DNA from: Candidatus Gastranaerophilales bacterium
GTDB lineage: Bacteria; Cyanobacteriota; Vampirovibrionia; Gastranaerophilales; Gastranaerophilaceae
Assembly (NCBI GenBank): GCA_905235825.1
Contig: CAJONH010000040.1
Location: 1-35,967, forward strand
Length of the DNA: 35,967 nucleotides
Direction of reading: 5' to 3'
The notes below the pieces were generated by a model. It was not told the DNA's origin. It saw only the letters and a list, made by a program, of their open reading frames with translations, and made no database searches. Positions 1 through 7,504 of this stretch are shown here, one piece after another; position 1 is the stretch's first letter; the number at the start of each line of letters is the position of its first letter. Position numbers and translations under genes: made by a program.

Positions 1-51
1 ACGGATAGCATCCGTAATTTCAATGTTGCGACCTGTAACAGTAATACGCAT
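1..51 (-). CDS. hpf: Ribosome hibernation promoting factor / RaiA family; only the N-terminal 17 codons are present because the gene runs off the window
   Basis: The reverse complement of 1-51 reads MRITVTGRNIEITDAIR. This is the characteristic HPF/RaiA N-terminus (compare E. coli HPF MQLNITGNNVEITEALR, from memory). GGAGG lies ~9 nt upstream of the ATG at 49-51. Confidence 0.7.
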   Translation of the reverse strand, partial: MRITVTGRNIEITDAIR

Positions 52-186
52 GTAGTTTTGCCTCCATAAAATATCTACTATGATATTATACCCTATTTAT
101 GGCATGTTTTAAACCCATAAAAATAATTAATTTAATAAATTATCAAAAAATGTTATAATAGGCAATATAGACTGGAATATATAAAT

Positions 187-1146
187 ATGGGCAGATATTC
201 TATAGGTATTGATTTAGGCGGTACAAAAATTCTTACTTCCGTTATAGATAAAGAAACGGGAGATGTTATTAATTCTGTTAAGAAAAAAACAAAAAAGGAA
301 AAAGGTTCAGAAAAAATAGTACGAAAGATTATCAGCTCTATTAACGAGGTTATAGACGAAAGTTCAATATCTCATCATGATATTGAAAATATAGGACTTG
401 GTGCGGCAGGACAAATAGATAGAGAACAAGGTATTATAATTAATGCTCCAAATTTGGAGCTGATTGATATCCCCATAAAAAATATTATAGAAAAAGAATT
501 TAATAAAAATGTATTTTTAGGGAATGATGTTGAAATAGCAACAATAGGAGAAATGTTTTTTGGAGCGGGAAAAAATGAAAATGATTTTGTTTGTGTATAT
601 GTAGGAACAGGTGTAGGTTCTTGTATTGTTCAAAACGGTAAAATAAGATATGGAGTGTCTGGAACGGCAGGAGAAATCGGTCATATCACGGTAGCTTATA
701 ACGGAAGGTTGTGCGGATGCGGTGCTTCAGGGTGCTTAGAAGCCTATGCATCAAGACTTGCTATTGAAAAAAGGATATTGGGCGAATTAAAAAAAGGAAA
801 AAAATCAGATATAGAAAATTATATAAAACAAGATAAACCTATAAAATCAGGCATGATAAAAAAAGCTATTGAATGTGATGATATTTTAGTTACTCATATT
901 ATAAATGAAGCTGCATCATATCTTGCCTCCGGCATTTCAAGTATAATTAATTTTTATAATCCTTCATTAATAATACTTGGCGGAGGCCTAATAAATGCAG
1001 TTGATTATTTTTATGATAAAACGGTTGAATATGCAAAACAGCAGGCATTACAGATTTCAACGGATAAAACAATATTTAAAAAATCAAAACTGGGTGATTA
1101 TTCAGGAGTTATAGGGGCGGCTATGCTTTGTGAGTATAGAAAATAA
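187..1146 (+). CDS. ROK family sugar kinase (glucokinase-like)
   Basis: N-terminal GIDLGGTK ATP-binding motif. ROK signature with a Zn-binding Cys cluster (GHITV...CGCGASGCLEAYAS). The 319-aa length is typical. Confidence 0.85.
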   Translation: MGRYSIGIDLGGTKILTSVIDKETGDVINSVKKKTKKEKGSEKIVRKIISSINEVIDESSISHHDIENIGLGAAGQIDREQGIIINAPNLELIDIPIKNIIEKEFNKNVFLGNDVEIATIGEMFFGAGKNENDFVCVYVGTGVGSCIVQNGKIRYGVSGTAGEIGHITVAYNGRLCGCGASGCLEAYASRLAIEKRILGELKKGKKSDIENYIKQDKPIKSGMIKKAIECDDILVTHIINEAASYLASGISSIINFYNPSLIILGGGLINAVDYFYDKTVEYAKQQALQISTDKTIFKKSKLGDYSGVIGAAMLCEYRK

Positions 1147-1152
1147 TTTTAT

Positions 1153-2472
1153 TTATGAAATCATTGTTTTTAATATGGCTGTCGTTTCAATTGCACGTTT
1201 TGACAGCATTTCATTTTTTAACTTTTTATTTTTTCGTGTTTTTCTATCCATTTCTATTTCATCTAAAATTCCCCAGTTTGAATTAACAGGTTGAAATGAT
1301 GTATGCCCGTCATATGATATATAATGAGTAAGTGCCCCCAATACAGTTTCAGATGGAATTTCTATTAAATTTTCATTATTTATGTATCTTCCTGCATTAA
1401 TGCCTGAAAGAAGCCCTGAAGCAATTGATTCGGTGTATCCTTCAGTTCCGGTTATTTGTCCTGCGAAAAATATATCGGGATTTTTTCTTGATTGAAGCGT
1501 TGCATACAAAACTTTAGGAGAATTTATAAAGGTATTTCTGTGCATAACCCCGTAACGTACTATATTTGCATTTTCCAACCCCGGTATTGAATGCAAAAGT
1601 TCTTTTTGAGCACCCCATTTTAAATTTGTCTGAAATCCGACTAAATTATACAATTCTGCTGCTTTATTATCTTGTCTTAATTGAACTACAGCATAGTTTT
1701 CAATGCCTGTTCTTTCATCAACAAGCCCTACAGGTTTCATCGGGCCAAATCTTAATGTATCAATACCACGTGAAGCCAAAACTTCAATTGGAAGGCAGGA
1801 TTCAAAAAATTTTGCGTTTTTTTCAAATGTTTTTAGTTCTATTTTGGGCGAATTTATTAATATATTATAAAAATTCTCATATTCCTCTTTATTCATCGGA
1901 CAATTTATATAATCTTTTCCGCCTTTATTATACCTGTTTAAATAAAATGCTTTGTCAAAATTTATCGAATTTTTTTCTACAATAGGTGCAATTGCATCAA
2001 AAAAGAAAAGATATTGTTCACCTAAAAATTCTTGAATTTTTTTAGATAGAAGTTCTGAGGTTAAAGGCCCTGATGCAATAATAACAGGCATTTCAAAATT
2101 TAAATCCGTAACTTCTTTTCTTATTACATTAATATTCGGATTATCAAGAATTTTTTTTGTTACAAGAGAAGAAAATAATTCACGGTCAATAGCAATCGCC
2201 CCGCCTGCAGGCACCTGTGAGTCCATAATCAATGGCATTAATTCGGAACCCAAAATTTCCATTTCATGTTTTAAAAGACCTGAAGCATTTGTTAAATCAT
2301 ACGAGCCGAGTGAGTTGGAACAAACAAATTCGGCAAACTTACCTGTTTTATGAGCTCCTGTTTCAACATTAGGACGCATTTCATATAAATCAACGCAAAT
2401 ATTTCGTTTAGCCAATTGCAGAGCAGCTTCACTTCCTGCAAGTCCCGCACCGATAACTGTTACCTTTTTCAT
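1153..2472 (-). CDS. trmFO: Methylenetetrahydrofolate--tRNA-(uracil54-C5)-methyltransferase, FAD-dependent
   Basis: N-terminal VTVIGAGLAGSEAA FAD fold. FAEFVCSNSLGS and GQITGTEGYTESIASG motifs are typical of the TrmFO/Gid family. 439 aa. Confidence 0.9.
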   Translation of the reverse strand: MKKVTVIGAGLAGSEAALQLAKRNICVDLYEMRPNVETGAHKTGKFAEFVCSNSLGSYDLTNASGLLKHEMEILGSELMPLIMDSQVPAGGAIAIDRELFSSLVTKKILDNPNINVIRKEVTDLNFEMPVIIASGPLTSELLSKKIQEFLGEQYLFFFDAIAPIVEKNSINFDKAFYLNRYNKGGKDYINCPMNKEEYENFYNILINSPKIELKTFEKNAKFFESCLPIEVLASRGIDTLRFGPMKPVGLVDERTGIENYAVVQLRQDNKAAELYNLVGFQTNLKWGAQKELLHSIPGLENANIVRYGVMHRNTFINSPKVLYATLQSRKNPDIFFAGQITGTEGYTESIASGLLSGINAGRYINNENLIEIPSETVLGALTHYISYDGHTSFQPVNSNWGILDEIEMDRKTRKNKKLKNEMLSKRAIETTAILKTMIS

Positions 2473-2553
2473 ATTTTCAACCTCTTCTCCTGATTATCGC
2501 ATAAAATAATAATAAAGGAAGCTGAAAAAATATTTATTTAATTTTAAAATTGA

Positions 2554-3558
2554 CTATTGTGCCGGAGGCTGATTTTGTTGTTCAACAGGCTCTTGTTCTT
2601 GAGGCTGCTCCTGCTTTTCATTTAATGCTTCTAATTCAGGTTGAATTGATCTAAATTCGGCAGCTAATGCTTTTTCATTACCTGTAAATGTCAATTTCTT
2701 TTCAAATGCAGCCGAAAGATTTTTTAAATATCCTTCTCTGTTTTCGGTTTGTTTATATATTTCAGCTAAAAGATAATATAAATCAGCTTCATCCGGCATT
2801 GTTTGGAGTGCTGATTGTAAATGATGTTCTGCTTTTTCATATTGATTTTGTTTACAAAGTAATTTTACAAGCATTTTTAATGCTTTTATATCACTCGGAT
2901 TTGTTTTAACAGTACTGTTTAAGCACATAATAGCTCTATGCTCATCTCCCTGTTCCGTGTATATTGCAGCTAAATTGTAGTATGCCCAGCTGTAATCGGG
3001 ACTCTGGCTTATAACCTGATCATACAAGCTGATTGCATCATCTATATATCCTGCTTCTTTGCATTGGTATGCCAAATAAAATTTTGCTATTGCATCATTA
3101 TTATCAAGCTGGACGGCTCTCGAAAGATATTTAATTGCATTTTGGGTATCTTTTTTTCTTGTATAAATTTCACCTAAATGAAAAAACGAGTTTTCATCTT
3201 CTTCGTCTGTTTCAACTACCTTTAAAAGCAGCTGCTCTGCTTCATCATGCCTGTTTGCTTTTATAAGTACAATAGCGAGATTATACATAAAATCGGTATC
3301 TTCACTATCTAATTCATGGGCTTTTTCGTAGGCTAAAATTGCATCATCATTCATTTTTAGTTTTTCTAAAATAATTCCGATATTATAATAATTCATGGCA
3401 TTATCGGGAAATTGATTTTTTAAGAAGACAAAATTTTTAAGAGCTTCTTGATTTTCTCCCATATCGGAAAGTGCCATGGCATAAGACTCTATTGCCTCAT
3501 AATCCTCCGGATTAGCTTCTATTCGTTGTTTTAGTGCAGTGATTTCGTCAGCATTCAT
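2554..3558 (-). CDS. Tetratricopeptide-repeat protein with a Q/E/P-rich C-terminal tail
   Basis: Repeated 34-aa A/Y/L-patterned units (e.g. AIKYLSRAVQLDNNDAIAKFYLAYQCKEAG, WAYYNLAAIYTEQGDEHRAI). The tail reads EQPQEQEPVEQQNQPPAQ. There is no signal peptide. Confidence 0.8.
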   Translation of the reverse strand: MNADEITALKQRIEANPEDYEAIESYAMALSDMGENQEALKNFVFLKNQFPDNAMNYYNIGIILEKLKMNDDAILAYEKAHELDSEDTDFMYNLAIVLIKANRHDEAEQLLLKVVETDEEDENSFFHLGEIYTRKKDTQNAIKYLSRAVQLDNNDAIAKFYLAYQCKEAGYIDDAISLYDQVISQSPDYSWAYYNLAAIYTEQGDEHRAIMCLNSTVKTNPSDIKALKMLVKLLCKQNQYEKAEHHLQSALQTMPDEADLYYLLAEIYKQTENREGYLKNLSAAFEKKLTFTGNEKALAAEFRSIQPELEALNEKQEQPQEQEPVEQQNQPPAQ

Positions 3559-3567
3559 TTTATGCCT

Positions 3568-4434
3568 CTATTCTTCTAATATTATTTGTTTAATTGCAAA
3601 AGGAAGGTAATCTATAATATCCGTAGCCATAACGCAATATTTTGTTAAATCGACAGAAGCAATATCACCGGATAATCCGTGTAAATATGTTCCTATAATT
3701 GCCGAATCAAACGGAGATAGTTTTTGTGCCAGTAATCCTGCTATTATTCCCGTCAATACATCTCCCGAACCGGCTTTCGCAAGAGCAGAAGAACCTGAAC
3801 AGTTGACAAACACCTTACTGCCGTTTGTAACTATACTGTTATGACCTTTTAAAACAGTTATACATTCATAAGTTTGTGAAGTTATACGTGCATATTTTTC
3901 TCTATTTGCCATTATTTCATCCGTATCAACTCCTAAAAGCCTTGAAAGTTCTTTCGGATGAGGTGTTATAACCGTATTTTTTAATGATATAACTTCTTTT
4001 TTTGATGCAAGAATATTTATTCCGTCTGCATCCAAAACAACATTGTGCATTGAACTTCTTTTTGTAAGCAAATTAAAAACAAAATCTCTTGTTTCTTCCG
4101 TATTTGTAATACCGCATCCTATTTCAAGAACATTGTATTTGCTTAAATCGCCCAAATCATTATCCGATGATATTGCCCCATTTTTGGATTTCAATCTCTT
4201 ATAGGTTATTTCGGGAGCCAAGGATGCAATGGCATTAACAATTTCATCCGGACAAGCAAGTGTCAAATATCCTGCACCTGCTTTTAAAGCCGCTATAGAC
4301 GACAAATAAGCAGCCCCGATATAATTCAATGAACCTGCAATATTTAAAATTCTGCCAAAAGTAGCTTTGTTTGATTCTTCGGGTCTTAACGGCATTTTGC
4401 CGAAAACAAGTTTTTTGTCTATATTTTTATGCAT
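3568..4434 (-). CDS. nnrD: ADP-dependent (S)-NAD(P)H-hydrate dehydratase (YjeF C-terminal / carbohydrate kinase family)
   Basis: VLKGHNSIV...GSSALAKAGSGDVLTGIIAGLLAQ matches the YjeF_C/Nnr2 signature. Its start overlaps the trmL stop by 8 nt. Confidence 0.85.
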   Translation of the reverse strand: MHKNIDKKLVFGKMPLRPEESNKATFGRILNIAGSLNYIGAAYLSSIAALKAGAGYLTLACPDEIVNAIASLAPEITYKRLKSKNGAISSDNDLGDLSKYNVLEIGCGITNTEETRDFVFNLLTKRSSMHNVVLDADGINILASKKEVISLKNTVITPHPKELSRLLGVDTDEIMANREKYARITSQTYECITVLKGHNSIVTNGSKVFVNCSGSSALAKAGSGDVLTGIIAGLLAQKLSPFDSAIIGTYLHGLSGDIASVDLTKYCVMATDIIDYLPFAIKQIILEE

Positions 4435-4888
4435 TCTGTCTTATTGCCTCATATACGACTATTGCTACAGAGTTAGAAAGATTTAAACTTCTTTGACCTT
4501 CCAACATTGGTATTGTTATTGCCGTTTTATCATTTTCTTTTAATATTTTTTCCGGAATACCTCTTGTTTCAGGTCCAAAAACAAAAAAATCACCTTCTTT
4601 AAATTTATAATCAGTATACAATTTTTTTGATTTAGTCGTCAAATAGTAAAAATTGGAATTAGGAAATTCTGCCTTTAATTCATCAAGATTGTCGTATTTT
4701 TTTATTTCCACACTGTTCCAATAATCCAAGCCTGCTCGTTTCATATATTTATCGGATAGTGAAAATCCCAATTTACCGACCAGAAATAATCGAGAACCCG
4801 TACAAGCACACAAACGGGCAATATTGCCGGTATTTTGAGGAATTTCAGGTTCATAAAGAACTACATTAAATTTACTTTTTATCATCAA
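4427..4888 (-). CDS. trmL: tRNA (cytidine/uridine34-2'-O)-methyltransferase, SpoU/TrmH family
   Basis: 153 aa. LYEPEIPQNTGNIARLCACTGSRLFLV...KRAGLDYW...LSNSVAIVVYEA is characteristic of YibK/TrmL. Confidence 0.85.
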   Translation of the reverse strand: MMIKSKFNVVLYEPEIPQNTGNIARLCACTGSRLFLVGKLGFSLSDKYMKRAGLDYWNSVEIKKYDNLDELKAEFPNSNFYYLTTKSKKLYTDYKFKEGDFFVFGPETRGIPEKILKENDKTAITIPMLEGQRSLNLSNSVAIVVYEAIRQNA

Positions 4889-5510
4889 TATATCTTTTAC
4901 TTTCTATTAATACGGGAATACCTCTTATTATACACATTGCGACCGTAATATAAACAAGAATATCCGCAAATAATATTAATTTAGGCTGAATAGCAATAAA
5001 AATCTGGTGTTGTTCAATTGTTAATATATCCAAAAATTCAACATTCGGAATATTTGCAATGATAACGGCAAGAAAAGCAAGGACTTTTGCTGTTCCGTAT
5101 ACGGCACGGGAAATCCTTGATGCGGTTAAAAAGTGCATAAATTTATTTTTCATCATTGAATGCTCTCCAAAAGCGGTAAAACCTTTAGATAAAGCAATAC
5201 TTCTTAACCCGTCGGTCAAAATACCTCGTGTTACAACAGCCATTGGAACCCAGATGCCAACCCAGCCCAAGCCGGCGAATGCAATCCAATATAGATTTTC
5301 AACAACCCTGTCGCCAATAATATCGAATACTGAACCAAATTCAGACTGTTCGTTTAATGCTCTCGCAACAACTCCGTCCAATCCGTCCAATATTACAACA
5401 AGCAGCGTTATGAAAAATGATGAAAGTGCCAATTCCGGTCGACCCGAAAATAAAAACTCCACTGCAATTATACATAAAATCATTCTTAAAATTGTTAATA
5501 AATTAGCCAT
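4872..5510 (-). CDS. CDP-alcohol phosphatidyltransferase family membrane protein; start moved to the internal Met (MANLLTIL...)
   Basis: Carries the canonical D(x)2DG(x)2AR(x)8G(x)3D(x)3D motif as LDGLDGVVARALNEQSEFGSVFDIIGD. Multiple TM segments. The ATG at 5508-5510 follows the upstream gene's stop (5527), so the 5' 18 codons of the tracked ORF would overlap that gene. Confidence 0.8.
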   Translation of the reverse strand: MANLLTILRMILCIIAVEFLFSGRPELALSSFFITLLVVILDGLDGVVARALNEQSEFGSVFDIIGDRVVENLYWIAFAGLGWVGIWVPMAVVTRGILTDGLRSIALSKGFTAFGEHSMMKNKFMHFLTASRISRAVYGTAKVLAFLAVIIANIPNVEFLDILTIEQHQIFIAIQPKLILFADILVYITVAMCIIRGIPVLIESKRYIDDKK

Positions 5511-5526
5511 TTTTAGCCCTTTTCCA

Positions 5527-6528
5527 TTATTGTTTTTTACTTCTGGATAACGCAAAATCAACATTATCCAAAGATTTTACTTTATCTCCAAGCATTATTT
5601 TTTCAGCTTCTTCCAAGACCTTTACGACATTAAATCCGTTATGTCCGTCGCTTCTTGCCTGTTTTCCCTGCTCTATGCAGGTTAAGAAGTGCTGGCATTC
5701 CAGTTTTAAAGGTTCAATTTCAATATAATCCAAAACCTCTGTTTTAGAAATTTTAGGAGAAGAACTTTCAAAAATTTGAAGTTTATTCTCTGTTAAAGTA
5801 TCATCAAATATTGCTGTGGCTTTAGTTCCACGAACGAGCAAATTAACTCTTTTAACCGGATGTATCCAGCTGTCGGATATATGAGCAATAATTCCGTCTT
5901 CATATTCTATTGTTACATGTGTTATATCCATAATATCGTTATTATCACTTGAAGCACCGACAGCACTGATTACTCTGACAGGTTCTTTACCGAGAATATA
6001 GCTTGTCATGGAAACATCGTGCGGTGCCAAATCCCACATAACGCTTCTGTCGTTTTTAAAGTGATTAATATTTAATCTGTCGCTTTGAACATATCGTATA
6101 TTACCCAGTACTCCTTCATTTATAAGCATTTTTAAACGATTTACCGCCGGATGATACATTAAAAGATGTCCAACCATAAGTACCATATTATTTTTATTCG
6201 CAATGTCTGTCAGAGCTTTTGCTTCTGCTGAAACGGTTGAAATAGGTTTTTCCACATAAACATGCTTGCCTGCTTCTATTGCTTTTCTTACTATTTTATA
6301 GTGAGTATGACTTGGTGTTACAACAGCAACTGCATCAATTTCAGGATTTGCAAGTACTTCATCCGAATTAGCAATGATATTGATATCAGGATACTGTAAT
6401 TTTAAATTTTTTCTGTTTTCTTCATCTAAATCGCAGACTGTATGAAGTGCATCCAAATTATAAAAATTTCTTACAACATTCTTTCCCCAGATTCCGCAGC
6501 CTATAACTGCAACCTTATGTGTTCTCAT
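5527..6528 (-). CDS. Gfo/Idh/MocA family NAD(P)-dependent oxidoreductase
   Basis: N-terminal Rossmann motif KVAVIGCGIWGKN. HVYVEKP (EKP motif) and the downstream alpha/beta domain are typical of the family. 333 aa. Confidence 0.8.
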   Translation of the reverse strand: MRTHKVAVIGCGIWGKNVVRNFYNLDALHTVCDLDEENRKNLKLQYPDINIIANSDEVLANPEIDAVAVVTPSHTHYKIVRKAIEAGKHVYVEKPISTVSAEAKALTDIANKNNMVLMVGHLLMYHPAVNRLKMLINEGVLGNIRYVQSDRLNINHFKNDRSVMWDLAPHDVSMTSYILGKEPVRVISAVGASSDNNDIMDITHVTIEYEDGIIAHISDSWIHPVKRVNLLVRGTKATAIFDDTLTENKLQIFESSSPKISKTEVLDYIEIEPLKLECQHFLTCIEQGKQARSDGHNGFNVVKVLEEAEKIMLGDKVKSLDNVDFALSRSKKQ

Positions 6529-6636
6529 TTTATCTCCAATAATATTTTCTTATTTGATTGTACAACATAAATTTTAAAAAATAAGAAAAAAAAGGTCAAA
6601 TTAAAGATTTATAAAGAATTCATCATTTGAAACAAT

Positions 6637-6666
6637 AAAAAAAGCGGATGACTTTTTAGTCACCCT
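6637..6666 (-). terminator. Rho-independent terminator of the 134-aa gene
   Basis: The minus strand reads GGTGACT-AAAA-AGTCATCC (a 7-bp stem including one G-U pair) followed by GCTTTTTTT. It begins ~25 nt after the stop at 6692. Confidence 0.55.
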
Positions 6667-6691
6667 CTTTATAATCTTATACATTTTATCG

Positions 6692-7096
6692 TTAAGCATA
6701 TAAATTTTTTGCAAGTAATTTTTGTGTATTATCTTTACCCATAATGTCAAAATGGTCTTTGCCGTATGCATCTTTGGTTCTTACCGCAAAAAGTTTATCA
6801 GAGAACAGAGAATGAACTTCCGTTTCTTTTATGCCGTCTTTTATTGTTGCACCTACAAATTTTGCAGATTCATTATTATCTGTTATAGCCATCAATGCCT
6901 TGTTTATATTTGCCTGTGCCGTTTCGGGGCTGACCGTATCAAGGCTTGATGTTTTTATTATAGGAGAAGAAATAACATTTTTACTGTAATTACCATCAGG
7001 TTTAATTTTATGTATTACACAGGTATAATTCTCTCCGGTTGCTTTACCTGTTTTAATACTCTCTTGAAATAAGAAACCAACAGCAGAAACTTTCAT
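6692..7096 (-). CDS. Hypothetical 134-aa soluble protein (orphan, monocistronic)
   Basis: Intact ORF with AAAGG ~9 nt upstream of the ATG. It has its own promoter-like element and terminator. I recognised no signal peptide, TM segment or family motif. Confidence 0.6.
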   Translation of the reverse strand: MKVSAVGFLFQESIKTGKATGENYTCVIHKIKPDGNYSKNVISSPIIKTSSLDTVSPETAQANINKALMAITDNNESAKFVGATIKDGIKETEVHSLFSDKLFAVRTKDAYGKDHFDIMGKDNTQKLLAKNLYA

Positions 7097-7212
7097 AACA
7101 CTTACCTTTCTTGGAACAAACAGACGTGAACTTCATTTTGTGCATATTTTTAGCACTCTTGCAGATTTCCCTTGTATCCTTCGTACCCGCCTGCCGCACC
7201 TTATCTTTCCAC
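7097..7212 (-). promoter_or_regulatory. Long GC/purine-rich 5' leader of the 134-aa gene (candidate cis-regulatory RNA, class unknown)
   Basis: The minus strand reads GGTGCGGCAGGCGGGTACGAAGGATACAAGGGAAATCTGCAAGAGTGCTAAAAATATGCAC. Possible helices are GTGC/GCAC and GCAG/CTGC. Hand count for 7151-7200 is ~56% G+C, against a ~30% background. Confidence 0.3.
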
Positions 7213-7218
7213 ATTTTT

Positions 7219-7247
7219 ATAATAACTCTTTAAATGTTATTTGTCCA
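7219..7247 (-). promoter_or_regulatory. Sigma70-type promoter for the 134-aa gene
   Basis: The minus strand reads TGGACA (7247-7242), a 17-nt spacer, then TATTAT (7224-7219). Confidence 0.45.
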
Positions 7248-7254
7248 GTGAATT

Positions 7255-7418
7255 TTTGTAAAAAATTCGATTTTTGAAGTCTTTTTTTGCAAAATCATAA
7301 TTTTTTTTATTCATTTTTAGTTTTTTTTAATAAAAAATTTAAAATTTGTAAAAAATACACTTAATTTTTGCAATTTTATCAATTTTTTGCTTGATTTTAC
7401 TCCAAAAAATTGTAAAAT
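7255..7418. repeat. Array of six TTTGYAA-type motifs in an extremely AT-rich spacer
   Basis: TTTGTAAAAAAT occurs at 7255 and 7345 (exact 12-mers). TTTGCAAAAT is at 7287, TTTGCAATTTT at 7367, TTTGCTTGATTTT at 7387 and ATTGTAAAAT at 7409. The last four are spaced ~20-22 bp apart. Confidence 0.4.
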
Positions 7419-7504
7419 AGATAAAATATATTTTCTTTTTATCTAATTTAATGATAAAAAAGATATATTTTTTATTTTGTTTATTATTTAAAAAGCTAAA
7501 AATT

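Noticed and set aside
1566-1985. 139-aa plus-strand ORF inside trmFO. The same pattern applies to 2688-2909, 5059-5550, 6722-6949, 8925-9131, 11953-12276 and 12592-12996.
   Set aside because: Each lies entirely antisense within a gene with strong family motifs. Their translations are low-complexity (F/L/I/S-rich) with no RBS or recognisable domains. These are typical shadow ORFs of an AT-rich genome.
7097-7212. Assignment of the leader to a known riboswitch class (glycine: CGAAGGA..CAA; glutamine/glnA: ACGGAAG; guanidine-II: ACGR loop)
   Set aside because: Only 5-7-nt fragments match. The flanking helices and second conserved halves required by those classes are absent.
7200-7504. Possible replication origin: an extreme AT-rich tract plus a DnaA-box-like CTTTCCACA at ~7205-7213
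   Set aside because: There is only one degenerate box, with 2 mismatches to TTATCCACA. No dnaA, dnaN or other origin-linked genes are nearby. The tract is better explained as a terminator/promoter spacer.
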